From assembly GCA_003224755.1 (NCBI GenBank), contig QHZR01000017.1:1887-65886 (forward strand): a stretch of DNA of 64,000 nt. The letters are read 5' to 3'. Under the pieces are notes generated by a model. That model ran no database searches, had not been told where the DNA came from, and saw only the letters and a program-made list of their open reading frames with translations. Position numbers and translations under genes: made by a program. This DNA comes from Acidobacteriota bacterium. GTDB taxonomy: Bacteria; Acidobacteriota; Terriglobia; Terriglobales; Acidobacteriaceae. Below, in pieces: positions 35,570 through 45,627 of this stretch (the first letter of the stretch is position 1; each line of letters starts with the position of its first letter).

Positions 35570-36070
35570 ATGCGTCACAAAGTTGCTGGATACAAACTCG
35601 GACGTACCACATCGCACCGCCGCTCGCTGCTGCGGAACATGGTCACATCACTCATCATTGAAGAGCGGATCGAGACCACTGTTCCCAAAGCCAAGGCCCT
35701 GCGCCCATCCATCGAAAAGATGATCACGCTGGGCAAACGCGGTGATCTCGCCGCGCGCCGCCAGGCCGCATCCTACTTGATGACCGACGAAGCCGTGCGC
35801 AAGTTGTTCGATACCATCGGGCCGCGCTTCGGTGAGCGCAATGGCGGCTACACTCGCATCGTTCGCACCATGTGGCAAAAAGGCGACGGTGCTGACAAAG
35901 CCTTCATCGAACTGCTCGGCAGCGAGCAGGTGCTGGACGAAAAGCGCCAGAAACGCGCCGAAACCCGCGCCAAGAAAGCCGAAGAAACCAAGAAGGCGAT
36001 GGAAGAAGCCGAAGCCCAGCGGCGTGGCGAAGCCACCGCCGAGACCGGGGCAAAAGAAGAAAAAGAGTAA
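35570..36070 (+). CDS. rplQ: 50S ribosomal protein L17 with Lys/Glu-rich C-terminal tail
   Basis: ATG at 35570; [23 protein letters not shown]. Confidence 0.9.
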   Translation: MRHKVAGYKLGRTTSHRRSLLRNMVTSLIIEERIETTVPKAKALRPSIEKMITLGKRGDLAARRQAASYLMTDEAVRKLFDTIGPRFGERNGGYTRIVRTMWQKGDGADKAFIELLGSEQVLDEKRQKRAETRAKKAEETKKAMEEAEAQRRGEATAETGAKEEKE

Positions 36071-36106
36071 GCTTCGGCAAGTCAGAATTCAGCGCAATCC
36101 ATGTGG

Positions 36107-36137
36107 GTCGGACATTCCTGTCTGACCTTTTTCGTTT
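36107..36137 (+). terminator. intrinsic terminator-like hairpin plus T-tract after rplQ
   Basis: gtcggaca-ttcc-tgtctgac followed by ctttttcgttt. Confidence 0.5.
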
Positions 36138-36277
36138 ACCCTTAATCAGACGGACGTGCACATCCACGCACATCCACTTGCCATCCTGAAACATTCAAGG
36201 TGTCGGTGAAGCGGCCGTGGTGCTCGAGTGCAAGAGGATGACATACATATATGTCTAGTGGACATGCTTTGACATGT

Positions 36278-36406
36278 ATGCGAACCACAATCCGCCTCTC
36301 CGATGACCTATTGCGCAAGGCAAAGAAGCTGGCGGAGAATCAGAATCGAAAGAAGACAAGGCCTAGCATTCCTTTGCTCGATCGCGTGGGCGCTCGCTCG
36401 ACTTAA
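36278..36406 (+). CDS. 42-aa ribbon-helix-helix-like small ORF (VapB/Rv0623-type antitoxin-like), no cognate toxin seen
   Basis: Manual translation: MRTTIRLSDDLLRKAKKLAENQNRKKTRPSIPLLDRVGARST. A catatatg palindrome lies upstream. Confidence 0.4.
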   Translation: MRTTIRLSDDLLRKAKKLAENQNRKKTRPSIPLLDRVGARST

Positions 36407-36438
36407 GTTGAAGCGGGTGTCCGCTTTTGAATTTGGAA

Positions 36439-37569
36439 TCAGCGATTCGGAGTAACGGCCTGCGGAGCCGCCGCCACAATCGAAAGCTGGGTCAAGCGGA
36501 GCGTCAGCAACTCAAAGCCGGCGGCATTCAGTCTTGATCTCGCCACGTCCGTAAGCGCCGCCACTACGGATTCCTTTTTCAACTTGAGTACATCGCTGCT
36601 GTAGGCGCTGAGCACAAATCTCGATACAGCCAGGAGAACAAACCCGAGTAGATGATTGATGTTGGTTGTTGCATAGATGGCCTTACGGACGTCCCGAATT
36701 TCGGCGGTAGCTGAGAATCCATAAACCACGGTCACGCCGTCCTGAAGCGTGACGGCGCGATTTTGAAAGCTGACCGGCGCCTGACGAATGTCAAGAAAGA
36801 AGATCTTTTCCGGCCAGTCCAAACCATGTGCCGACCTGCGCCTAGTTCGCGGACGGGCCTGCCTTTCCGATACAAAAGACCTCTGTGGTAAGGCATTAAG
36901 GTGAAAAATGTCATATGCCCAGTTGAACTCCGGGCCAAGAGGATCGAGACAAATGCGGAGAAAAAGATGCTCAGTGCGAAAATTTCCATAATTAGTTTGC
37001 CGTTGCTGCGATGCCCGCCGGTACATGCTGCGACCACAGCTCGGTAATTTCCAGATGAGCGATTTTGACCCCGACCTGCGCCAACTGGAGGTGACAGATT
37101 GGATGATGCTATCAAGGACCTTGTGACGACCTTCGACTGTTACATCTGTTATGCGCTGCGTTACTACGGCCAGTAGGGCTTCCCGAACAGTCGGAAATGT
37201 GTCATTGACCGGATCCTTCAGCTTGGTTGCAGCGAGGTAGGCGTCCTGAATTAAGAGCTCGCCGGCAACCCTGATGAGCGAAGGGTTTTGTAGAGCGTCT
37301 TGATACGGAAGGCGCTCGAGCAAGACCGGCCGAGGACGAAGATCCATAATCACAATTTGCTCTTTGACGGTGTCAATGACACAGCAGCCCGCCCCAAGCA
37401 CATCGCGAAACGCTTCTTTCGAAAATCGCACGCCCTTCTGATGATCTGTCGCAAAGATGTGCTTCGTCCTTTTGATGCGTGCAACTAGCGCGACGAGCGC
37501 CGGAACTGCTGCCATAATGACAAGGGTTGCGAGAGTCGCAGTGGACATGGTGAGTGTCTCTTGTCGCAT
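36439..37569 (-). CDS. SPFH/band-7 domain membrane protein
   Basis: N-terminal TM helix, then segments resembling HflC/stomatin SPFH blocks (…GVRFSKEAFRDVLGAGCCVIDTV…; …GFELLTLRLTQLSI). Confidence 0.45.
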   Translation of the reverse strand: MRQETLTMSTATLATLVIMAAVPALVALVARIKRTKHIFATDHQKGVRFSKEAFRDVLGAGCCVIDTVKEQIVIMDLRPRPVLLERLPYQDALQNPSLIRVAGELLIQDAYLAATKLKDPVNDTFPTVREALLAVVTQRITDVTVEGRHKVLDSIIQSVTSSWRRSGSKSLIWKLPSCGRSMYRRASQQRQTNYGNFRTEHLFLRICLDPLGPEFNWAYDIFHLNALPQRSFVSERQARPRTRRRSAHGLDWPEKIFFLDIRQAPVSFQNRAVTLQDGVTVVYGFSATAEIRDVRKAIYATTNINHLLGFVLLAVSRFVLSAYSSDVLKLKKESVVAALTDVARSRLNAAGFELLTLRLTQLSIVAAAPQAVTPNR

Positions 37570-37669
37570 TGTGACGCGGAACGCGTGACTGCTTCAAACG
37601 TTTTGGCGGGAATCGGATTACCACCGTTACAGCCTGGCGTCTGCGGACAGCTTTAGCGAAGAAGTAACT

Positions 37670-38863
37670 TTGCTGCCTCGCCCGTTCGGGTTCTATATTG
37701 GCCTTGTGAAGATACCCTCGGAAATCACGGAGCCGGCGGATGGCGCACTCGTGTCGGCTCCCTTGTCTAAATTCTGCTTCTATTTCCTGTGGCTTGGAGC
37801 AACCGGCTTCGGCGGCCCGATAGCGCTCGCCGGATACATGCAGCGTGATCTCGTGGAACGACGCCACTGGGTGACAAAGGAAAACTACCTGGAAGGCCTG
37901 GCGCTGGCGCAGCTTGCGCCGGGTCCACTGGCGGCGCAACTAGCAATCTATCTCGGCTATTTGCGCGCAGGCATTGTCGGCGCTTCGCTGGTTGGTCTCG
38001 CATTCGTCGGACCATCATTTCTCATGGTGCTCGTGATTTCTGCTGCCTATGTCCGTTTCGGCGGTCTTCCCTGGATGCAGCCTGCTTTCTACGGGATTGG
38101 CGCCGCAGTGGTTGCGATCATCGCGCGCTCGGCATGGAAGCTGGCGAAAATGGTCCTGGGCAGGGACTCCGTGAAATGGGCGATCTTCTTCGGGCTTGCG
38201 GTATCCACCGCTGTTACGGGACACGAACTGGTCTGGTTATTCTTGCTCGGTGGCGTCGTTGGCTATCTCGCGAAAGCGGTTAAGGCTCCCCAGCCCCAAG
38301 TTGGCATGCTCTTTGTTCTGGCAGGTGCCGGAACCGCCGCACGTGGCAAGGTCGCTGAACTGCTGTGGTTTTTTACGAAGGCAGGAGCTTTTGTCTTCGG
38401 CAGCGGATTGGCGATTGTTCCTTTTCTCTATGGAGGCGTTGTCGAGCAGCACCACTGGCTCACCGACCGCCAATTTCTCGACGCGGTTGCCGTCGCTATG
38501 ATCACTCCCGGTCCGGTCGTCATCACGTCTGGCTTCATCGGATATCTTGTCGCGGGCCCTTGGGGAGCAATGGCCGCCGCTGCCGGAGTATTCGTTCCGG
38601 TCTATCTGGTCGTTCTCTTCGTGAGTCCGTATTTTGCAAGGATCGCCAGGAACCCACAGGCGCGCGCGGCTCTCGAAGGCGTCACTGCCGCTGCGACCGG
38701 TGCAATTGCCGGCGCCGTGTATGTGCTTGGCCGGCGGGCGATTCATGACTGGACAACCGCATTGATCGCTGTCGTCGCACTGTTGATTACCCTTCGTTGG
38801 AAGGTGCCCGAGCCGTTGCTGATCGCCGGGGCAGCGGTTGCTGGCGTACTGCTCTACCGCTGA
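37670..38863 (+). CDS. chrA: chromate transporter (CHR family)
   Basis: 397 aa, polytopic, with duplicated FGGP / PGP CHR-family motifs. The true start may be internal. Confidence 0.7.
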   Translation: MLPRPFGFYIGLVKIPSEITEPADGALVSAPLSKFCFYFLWLGATGFGGPIALAGYMQRDLVERRHWVTKENYLEGLALAQLAPGPLAAQLAIYLGYLRAGIVGASLVGLAFVGPSFLMVLVISAAYVRFGGLPWMQPAFYGIGAAVVAIIARSAWKLAKMVLGRDSVKWAIFFGLAVSTAVTGHELVWLFLLGGVVGYLAKAVKAPQPQVGMLFVLAGAGTAARGKVAELLWFFTKAGAFVFGSGLAIVPFLYGGVVEQHHWLTDRQFLDAVAVAMITPGPVVITSGFIGYLVAGPWGAMAAAAGVFVPVYLVVLFVSPYFARIARNPQARAALEGVTAAATGAIAGAVYVLGRRAIHDWTTALIAVVALLITLRWKVPEPLLIAGAAVAGVLLYR

Positions 38864-38869
38864 ACGCTG

Positions 38870-39319
38870 CTAGTTCTTGCTGATCAGATTAGTGTGTGAG
38901 GCCACGCAAAGCCATTTGCGGTCCTGATAAACCCAGGTATCGGTGAATCGTCCGATATGATCGAACGGCTTGCCCTTGTAGGTCCCTTTCGAATGATAGG
39001 TTCCGATCACAATCGCGGCGTTCGAATAAGGAAATACTTGCAGGTCTTTGTTGGTGAGAGCCGTCGCATGATAATTCGGATCTTTCAAATCTTCCAGAAA
39101 TCGTGCCTTGTTCATGACCGTGCCGTCGTAGTCGGTATAGATGAAGGTTTCCGGCAGGAGCTGCGCCACGGCATCGGAGTCGTGATGTAGTTGCGCCTGG
39201 TTCCACGCATTCTCAAGTGCGAGCAACTTGGTGCGGTCCACGTCCACTTCGGTCGTGGTTCGTTGCGCGGTCAGTATAGCCGTCACCAACAATAGGCAGA
39301 AAGCAATCGCAGTTTTCAT
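38870..39319 (-). CDS. secreted NTF2-like / SnoaL-like (DUF4440-type) protein
   Basis: MKTAIAFCLLLVTAILTAQ signal peptide; ~130-aa NTF2-like fold composition. Confidence 0.5.
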   Translation of the reverse strand: MKTAIAFCLLLVTAILTAQRTTTEVDVDRTKLLALENAWNQAQLHHDSDAVAQLLPETFIYTDYDGTVMNKARFLEDLKDPNYHATALTNKDLQVFPYSNAAIVIGTYHSKGTYKGKPFDHIGRFTDTWVYQDRKWLCVASHTNLISKN

Positions 39320-39511
39320 TCTTCGTTCCGGAACAGAGTCTCGCAATGAGTTTACAAGCAGGGACGATCTCTGCGAAACGTTTGAGAGCGCGGAACCTTC
39401 CCCGCTATCAACTAGGGCAACGCCACTTCTCGTAGGAAATCGCGGCGTCCTGCCCGAAAATCCGGCAATGAATTACTCTGGTAGCCAAAATTTCCAGGAG
39501 CCGGGGAACCC

Positions 39512-41140
39512 ATGGGCAAAGACAAAGACGCGCGGGGGCAGAGAAGAGAGTTTCTAAAGTTTGCGGCAACCGGCGCTGCGTCGGCTGCTGCGATCGGAGT
39601 TTTTAGCCTGCCGTCCGCCGCGGCGGAAAGTGGCGCTAAATCGAAAAGTGAAATTCCTTTCTTCAATGTTCGCCGCTTTGGCGCCAGAGGTGACGGCACA
39701 ACCATTGATACTCCAGCGATCAACAATGCCATCGCAGCCGCCGCAGAAGCCGGTGGAGGCACGGTCTTCTTTCCTGCAGGGATGTACGCAAGCTACTCGA
39801 TTCACTTGAAGAGCAACGTCTCCTTGTATCTGGAGTCGGGTGCCGCTATCCTCGCTGCTTCCACATCGCTCGAGGGAACAACGACTGGCGGCTATGACGC
39901 GGCCGAGCCGCAAGGATCTTGGGAGCCCTATCAGGATTACGGCCACAATCATTGGCACAACAGTTTGATCTGGGGCGAGGACATTCACGACGTCGCGATT
40001 CTTGGTCCAGGCTTGATTTGGGGGAAAGGACTCAGTCGCGGACACGTCGACGACATTGATCTTCCTAAGACTGATAGACCGGGAGTCGGAAACAAAGCGA
40101 TTGCTCTGAAGAATTGCCGCAACGTCATTCTGCGTGATTTCTCGATGCTGGCTGCAGGCTGGTTCGCCATTCTCGCCACCGGCGTGGACAATCTCACGAT
40201 TGACAACCTGAAAATTGATACCAACCGTGACGGCATGGACATTGATTGCTGCCGCAACGTCCGCGTTTCAAACTGCAGCGTGAACTCGCCCTGGGACGAT
40301 GCCATCTGCCCCAAGAGTTCGTTTGCTCTCGGCTACTCGCGGGCCACCGAAAATGTGACCGTCAACAACTGCTACGTGACTGGCGGGTATCAGCTAGGGA
40401 CGCTGCTGGACGGCACGTTCAAGCGATTAGGAGCCGAATTCAAACATCCGACCGGCAGAATCAAATGCGGGACGGAATCGAATGGCGGCTTCAAGAACAT
40501 CACCATCTCGAATTGCGTTTTCGAAAGCTGCCGCGGCTTTGCGCTTGAGACCGTAGATGGCGCGCTGTGTGAAGACATCACGTTCACAGGAATCACAATG
40601 CGCGATGTCCGAAACTCGCCGCTGTTCTTGCGGCTAGGCACGCGGATGCGCGGGCCGAAGGATGCACCCGTCGGCCGCCTGAAGCGCGTTCTCATCAGCA
40701 ATGTGGTCAGTTCCGCAGCGCTGCCCGAGCTTTGTTCCATTGTGAGCGGAGTGCCGGGTCATCGAATCGAGGACATCAAGATCAGCGACGTGTATCTGCA
40801 GCAGCTCGGCGGTGGCACAACTGCAATGGCGGAATTGAACCCTCTCGAAAAAGAGAGCGAGTACCCCGAACCCAGCATGTTCGGCGGCCTCCCATCTAGC
40901 GGCTTCTTCCTGCGACACGTCAAAAACATCGAGATGTCGAACGTAGAGATTGCCACTGAGCAGCCGGACGCGCGACCGGCATTCTGGATTAACGATGTCG
41001 AAGGCGCTGATTTCTTTCGCGTCAACGTTCCAAGGGCCTCACGCGCCTTCGCAATGCGCGACGTGCGCGAGTTTCGCGTCTTCGGCAGTCGGAAGATAAA
41101 AGAGACCACATTGGAGCAGGCCGCCCATCAGGAGCTCTGA
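39512..41140 (+). CDS. Tat-secreted right-handed beta-helix glycosidase (pectate-lyase superfamily, GH28-like)
   Basis: RREFLKFAATGAASAAAIG Tat motif; FNVRRFGARGDGTTIDTPAINNAIAAAAEAGGGTVFFPAGMY pectate_lyase_3-type N-terminus; repeated beta-helix coils. Confidence 0.65.
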   Translation: MGKDKDARGQRREFLKFAATGAASAAAIGVFSLPSAAAESGAKSKSEIPFFNVRRFGARGDGTTIDTPAINNAIAAAAEAGGGTVFFPAGMYASYSIHLKSNVSLYLESGAAILAASTSLEGTTTGGYDAAEPQGSWEPYQDYGHNHWHNSLIWGEDIHDVAILGPGLIWGKGLSRGHVDDIDLPKTDRPGVGNKAIALKNCRNVILRDFSMLAAGWFAILATGVDNLTIDNLKIDTNRDGMDIDCCRNVRVSNCSVNSPWDDAICPKSSFALGYSRATENVTVNNCYVTGGYQLGTLLDGTFKRLGAEFKHPTGRIKCGTESNGGFKNITISNCVFESCRGFALETVDGALCEDITFTGITMRDVRNSPLFLRLGTRMRGPKDAPVGRLKRVLISNVVSSAALPELCSIVSGVPGHRIEDIKISDVYLQQLGGGTTAMAELNPLEKESEYPEPSMFGGLPSSGFFLRHVKNIEMSNVEIATEQPDARPAFWINDVEGADFFRVNVPRASRAFAMRDVREFRVFGSRKIKETTLEQAAHQEL

Positions 41141-42156
41141 GCCAAGAGGTTGGCTGGCGATTCCCATCTCCCCGACTCCACCGAGCGAAAAATGGCTTCG
41201 ATCACCGCCATATTCCTGATTGCATTTTCCAGTGGGACTGGAGCTTCGCGGTTTTCGCGAATCGCACGAGAAAAGATGTCGCCTTGGATGGTGTACTGAT
41301 CGCACGTCGGAAAATTCTCGGAGCTGATATCCTTTCCAAAAAGATCGCCACCATCGTCAATGAAGATTCGGCAGGGCCGGTCGTTCGGGGCGTTGAATGG
41401 AATTTCGATTTCAATGCGGCCCTTTGTCCCCAGACAATGCATATGCTGGTATGGCACAAGCTGTGTGCTGCAAGTAAATACGGCTTGTCCGGAAGGGAAG
41501 TCGAGGATGGCCGAGGCGAGGCGGTCGGTTTTCATGTCCGGATCACGCTCGATAATTCCCAGCACCCGCGACGGCTCTTCGTCGAAGACGAACCGCGAAG
41601 TAGTAATTGGATAGCAGCCGATGTCCATGAGCGCCCCGCCACCAGCCTCCGGTATGTTGCGGATGTTGCTTGCGTCACGATTGAAATAACTGAACACACC
41701 GATGATCGAGCGAAGCTCGCCGATTCGACCGGACCGGACCAGTTCACGCGTCCGCAACCACTGCGGATGCGTCCGTACCATGAAAGCCTCCCCAATCTTC
41801 ACGCCAGCACGATTGCTCGCCGCAATCAACTGCTGAGCTTCGGCCACGGTCATGCTCAGCGGCTTTTCGCATAGCACATGCTTGCCTGCCTCAGCGGCTT
41901 TGATGGACCACGGCACATGCATATGGTTCGGCAGCGGATTGTAAATCGCTTCGATCTCTCCATCCGCCAGAAGCTCCTCATAGCTGCCGTAACTCTTGCG
42001 AATACCGAGACTCTTGGCCGCCTGCGCCGCGCTGCTCTTATCTCGTGAAGCGATCGCGATCACTTCACTCCATTCGCCCTTCTGCATGGCCGGCACGGCT
42101 TTGGCGAGTGCAAAGTGCGACGTACTTAAAACTCCCCAACGGACTTTGTCTGACAT
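41128..42156 (-). CDS. Gfo/Idh/MocA family oxidoreductase
   Basis: 342 aa; N-terminal Rossmann VRWGVLSTSHFA...; EKPL motif. Confidence 0.8.
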   Translation of the reverse strand: MSDKVRWGVLSTSHFALAKAVPAMQKGEWSEVIAIASRDKSSAAQAAKSLGIRKSYGSYEELLADGEIEAIYNPLPNHMHVPWSIKAAEAGKHVLCEKPLSMTVAEAQQLIAASNRAGVKIGEAFMVRTHPQWLRTRELVRSGRIGELRSIIGVFSYFNRDASNIRNIPEAGGGALMDIGCYPITTSRFVFDEEPSRVLGIIERDPDMKTDRLASAILDFPSGQAVFTCSTQLVPYQHMHCLGTKGRIEIEIPFNAPNDRPCRIFIDDGGDLFGKDISSENFPTCDQYTIQGDIFSRAIRENREAPVPLENAIRNMAVIEAIFRSVESGRWESPANLLAQSS

Positions 42157-42180
42157 TCAACCTTCCTAATGCTGAAGTAT

Positions 42181-42246
42181 CAGCCGCGAAGCGGCGCAAG
42201 AATGCAGCCCGGGCGTCAGCCCTGGGCAAGAGCAAAATGAGCAAGC
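42181..42246 (+). repeat. two-hairpin intergenic element, copy A
   Basis: cagccgcgaagcggcgcaagaatgcagcccgggcgtcagccctgggcaagagcaaaatgagcaagc. Confidence 0.55.
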
Positions 42247-42520
42247 TCTGAACGGCCGAAAGAATCTGGCAACCGTGCGGCGCGCGCACTCTTGGCCGCG
42301 CAACATCGACAGCGGCATAGAAGAGATCGTCCTACTCTCCCGCGGACAAAGCATCCCCGACCCATCCTGTGTCGCCTCACTTCAACCTCGTCTCCCCTCT
42401 GATCGGCATCTGCAGTGCCGGAATCCGAAACGCGCGCTGATCCGCCGATGGATGATTCACCTTCGAGGTCCTTCCCAGCATCTGCATCTTGTCGCGCGCT
42501 TCGGGCCAGTCGGGCGGCCG

Positions 42521-42805
42521 CTATGAATCCTGAGTCCAATGCACCAGCGCCGCCTCGTCGCACCAGTTCAGCAGCTTGCGCATGATTCCGCGGTGCGCCC
42601 CAGTCAACATAAAGGCCTTCATCGCCGATTCCGATGTCCACACGGTCCGCGTCCAATACGTATTCTGCGGTTGCCGCAGCAACGCCACAGCCAGACTTCC
42701 CTCCGCCGACTTCGCCTGCTGCGCCGCTCGAAACGACTGGATGAGAAACATTGGCAAAAATCTCCACGACCGCACGCGCAGCCGAGTCACCGAAGCGAAA
42801 GCCAT
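42521..42805 (-). CDS. short DUF3291-like (ABM-fold) protein
   Basis: 94 aa; TVWTSESAMKAFMLTGAHRGIMRKLLNWCDEAALVHW resembles the DUF3291 VWES...H..IMRRR.EWF...VLWW block. Confidence 0.4.
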   Translation of the reverse strand: MAFASVTRLRVRSWRFLPMFLIQSFRAAQQAKSAEGSLAVALLRQPQNTYWTRTVWTSESAMKAFMLTGAHRGIMRKLLNWCDEAALVHWTQDS

Positions 42806-42826
42806 CCCAATATCCTAAAATGGAGA

Positions 42827-43921
42827 TCATCGCAAGAGCGCCGAAGCGCTCCACAAAATAGGCGCCTCCCCGTGCAGATCGCCGGTGTTGCGCTTGCGGG
42901 CTAGATAATACTGAAGATTGTTGTTCTTGCCCGTGCCTTCGCAAACCTCGCGAATGTCGCCATTCGGTTCGATGTAGCTGACCAGTCCAAGCCAGCCTTT
43001 GCGCGCTGCAGACGCGTAAGCTTTGCTATCGAGCCAGCCGTTCTTTACGCCGGTTACCATCGCGAACGTGAACATTCCTGTGGATGATGTTTCCGGCCAG
43101 GCCTCAGGATAATCTATAAGTTGTCGCCACATGCCGTCACTTCCCTGATATTTCAGAAGCGCAGCCATCATCTTGCGATAGCCTTCCATGATGCGCGCGC
43201 GGCGAGGATGATTCGCAGGCAGCCAGCGCAGCAGCTCGGTCATTCCCGCAGCCACCCAGCCGTTACCGCGTCCCCAGAAAAATGGCGCGTCGGGCGCATG
43301 ATAAAAAAGTCCGTTCGGCTGTTGCAGCTTGTCGAGGTATGCGGACATTTCAAGGGCCGCGTGATCAAGGTACTTTGAATCCCCGGTGGCGCGATAGGCC
43401 TGCACCTCGACGGCGGTAATCATGTACATGTCGTCTATCCAGAAACGGGTCTGGTTAGTAAGGCCTTCGGGGGTAGGATTGTTCCACTGCTCGTCTGCCA
43501 ATTTCCGGCCGAGGTCGAGATACACCTGTTCCTTCGTCTGGATGTAGATTTCGAGGGGCACGACCCCAAACACAGTTAGGTCAACGTGGGTTGGGCGCGG
43601 CACCATCTTCGCGTCTTGGTTCAGGAGTGGTTGAAACCGTTGGATGAGGCGAGCGCTGAGATCCTTGTTGCCGCTCAATTGCGCAAAGGTCAGCGCCCCA
43701 TACCAAGTGACCGACTCCGGATACGTGATGAACGGCTGACTATCCTGCGACAAAAGATGTGGCGTTGCCAGAAACCGTTCCGTGACGCGTTTGCCGATCT
43801 CCTGAGGAGACGCACCCGCGGGCCACTTGCGAAACTCTTTCGGCGGCGAGCTTGAACCCGCATTGAGCGCCGCCGAAAACGCGAGTAAGAATGTCAGAAC
43901 TCTCGGAAACCGTTTGCCCAT
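42827..43921 (-). CDS. unsaturated rhamnogalacturonyl hydrolase (GH105, YteR-like)
   Basis: Signal peptide; WIDDMYM and GRGNGW motifs typical of GH105/GH88. Confidence 0.8.
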   Translation of the reverse strand: MGKRFPRVLTFLLAFSAALNAGSSSPPKEFRKWPAGASPQEIGKRVTERFLATPHLLSQDSQPFITYPESVTWYGALTFAQLSGNKDLSARLIQRFQPLLNQDAKMVPRPTHVDLTVFGVVPLEIYIQTKEQVYLDLGRKLADEQWNNPTPEGLTNQTRFWIDDMYMITAVEVQAYRATGDSKYLDHAALEMSAYLDKLQQPNGLFYHAPDAPFFWGRGNGWVAAGMTELLRWLPANHPRRARIMEGYRKMMAALLKYQGSDGMWRQLIDYPEAWPETSSTGMFTFAMVTGVKNGWLDSKAYASAARKGWLGLVSYIEPNGDIREVCEGTGKNNNLQYYLARKRNTGDLHGEAPILWSASALLR

Positions 43922-44034
43922 GTATTTCCTCGTAATTTTTGATAATCCGCCGATGCTGCACGCTTGCTGTTCAGCGGCTTTCCATTATCTCGCCTCCTCG
44001 TAGATAATCAACGATTCCGCTGCCGAGCGATTCC

Positions 44035-45342
44035 ATGAATTCTATGCCAGAACCCGAGACGTTTGCCGCCGGACCACCTCGTCAGGCCTTACCGAGCACG
44101 GTTGGTAAATTTCGCTGGGTCATCTGCGCAGTCCTATTGCTCGGTGTCACCAAAAACTACATGGATCGCCAGGTCATCGCGGTCCTCAAAGGGACGCTGC
44201 AGCACGATTTAGGCTGGAGCGAAATTGATTACGGCAATCTGGTTTTCACGTTTCAGCTCGCCTATGCCGCCGGCCTGTTGTTGGTCGGCCGTCTCATAGA
44301 TCTGCTCGGCACTCGGCTGGGCTATGCGCTGTCGATGATCGCCTGGAGCCTGGCCTCCATGGCGCACGGTTTCATGACCGCGCTGAACGGATTTCTGGCC
44401 GCGCGCTTCGCACTTGGTTTCGGAGAAGCAGGCGTTTTTCCCGCCAGTATTAAGGCGGTCGCTGAGTGGTTCCCAAAAAAAGAACGCGCATTCGCGACTG
44501 GAATTTTCAATGCAGGGAGCAACATCGGCGCAATCCTCACCCCCCTTCTCGTGCCGTGGATCACCGTCCATTGGGGATGGCGCGCCGCTTTTTTCATCGT
44601 CGGAGGCATCGGAATCGCCTGGCTTTTCGGATGGCTGGCGGTTTACAGATCGCCTGAGGTCCATCCCCATTGTTCGCCCGCCGAACTCGCCTACATTCGC
44701 AGCGATCCGTCCGAAGCTCCGCGAAAAATTCCCTGGCTTCGCCTTCTACCACATCGCCAGAGCTGGGCATTCATTTTCGGGAAATTTCTCACCGACCCCA
44801 TCTGGTGGTTCTACTTGTTCTGGGTGCCAGATTTTCTTCAGCGCCAGCACGGCCTGGCGCTGTTACAACTCGGGCCGCCCATCGTGGTCATTTATCTCAT
44901 GGCCGACATCGGCAGCATTGGTGGCGGCTGGATCTCGTCGCATCTCATCCATCGTGGTGTAAGTGTCAATGTCAGCCGCAAAACCGCAATGCTGATCTGC
45001 GCGCTCAGCGTTCTTCCCATCGTCTTCGCTCCGCACCTTGCATCCACGTGGAGTGCCGTTTTCGTCATCGGACTCGCCGCCGCAGCGCACCAGGGCTTCT
45101 CCGCAAACATCTTCACCATCACTTCCGACATGTTCCCCGCGCAGGCCGTCGCCTCGATCGTTGGCCTCGGCGGCATGGCCGGTGCGATCGGCGGCATGCT
45201 AATCGCAAAACTCGTCGCTCACATCTTGCAGCTCACCGGCAGCTACATCGTCCCGTTCGCCATCGCCGGCTCAGCTTACTTGCTCGCGCTCCTGATCATT
45301 CATGGCCTCGCGCCCCGCCTGGATCCAGTGAGCCTTGACTGA
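44035..45342 (+). CDS. exuT: MFS hexuronate transporter (ExuT-like, ACS family)
   Basis: 435 aa with 12 TM segments; KNYMDRQVIAVL... ACS-family N-terminus. Confidence 0.75.
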   Translation: MNSMPEPETFAAGPPRQALPSTVGKFRWVICAVLLLGVTKNYMDRQVIAVLKGTLQHDLGWSEIDYGNLVFTFQLAYAAGLLLVGRLIDLLGTRLGYALSMIAWSLASMAHGFMTALNGFLAARFALGFGEAGVFPASIKAVAEWFPKKERAFATGIFNAGSNIGAILTPLLVPWITVHWGWRAAFFIVGGIGIAWLFGWLAVYRSPEVHPHCSPAELAYIRSDPSEAPRKIPWLRLLPHRQSWAFIFGKFLTDPIWWFYLFWVPDFLQRQHGLALLQLGPPIVVIYLMADIGSIGGGWISSHLIHRGVSVNVSRKTAMLICALSVLPIVFAPHLASTWSAVFVIGLAAAAHQGFSANIFTITSDMFPAQAVASIVGLGGMAGAIGGMLIAKLVAHILQLTGSYIVPFAIAGSAYLLALLIIHGLAPRLDPVSLD

Positions 45343-45393
45343 ATACCTGCAATAAGGCTCATTTCGTTTTGAGCGACATGGATGTCACGAGTA

Positions 45394-45460
45394 CAGCCGC
45401 GAAGCGGCGCAAGAATGCGGCCCAGGCCGCAAGGCCTGGGTTCAATGGCGATGAGCAAGC
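45394..45460 (+). repeat. two-hairpin intergenic element, copy B
   Basis: cagccgcgaagcggcgcaagaatgcggcccaggccgcaaggcctgggttcaatggcgatgagcaagc. Confidence 0.55.
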
Positions 45461-45627
45461 ACCGAAGGTGCGAAAGAAAATTCACCAGAGAGTACTGCGC
45501 GCGCATTTCAATGCCGGATTACCAGCGCGTTACCAAGGGTCGACCGCACTTTCCGTGAAGACAAACCCGAATCCCTGAAATCAACGGCACAAACCATCCA
45601 TCCTGTGTAAAATTCCGTTTCACCCCC

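Noticed and set aside
42216-42944. 242-aa minus-strand ORF overlapping the DUF3291-like gene
   Set aside because: Gly/Ala/Arg-rich low-complexity translation in a different frame from the DUF3291-like ORF, with no motif. Judged spurious.
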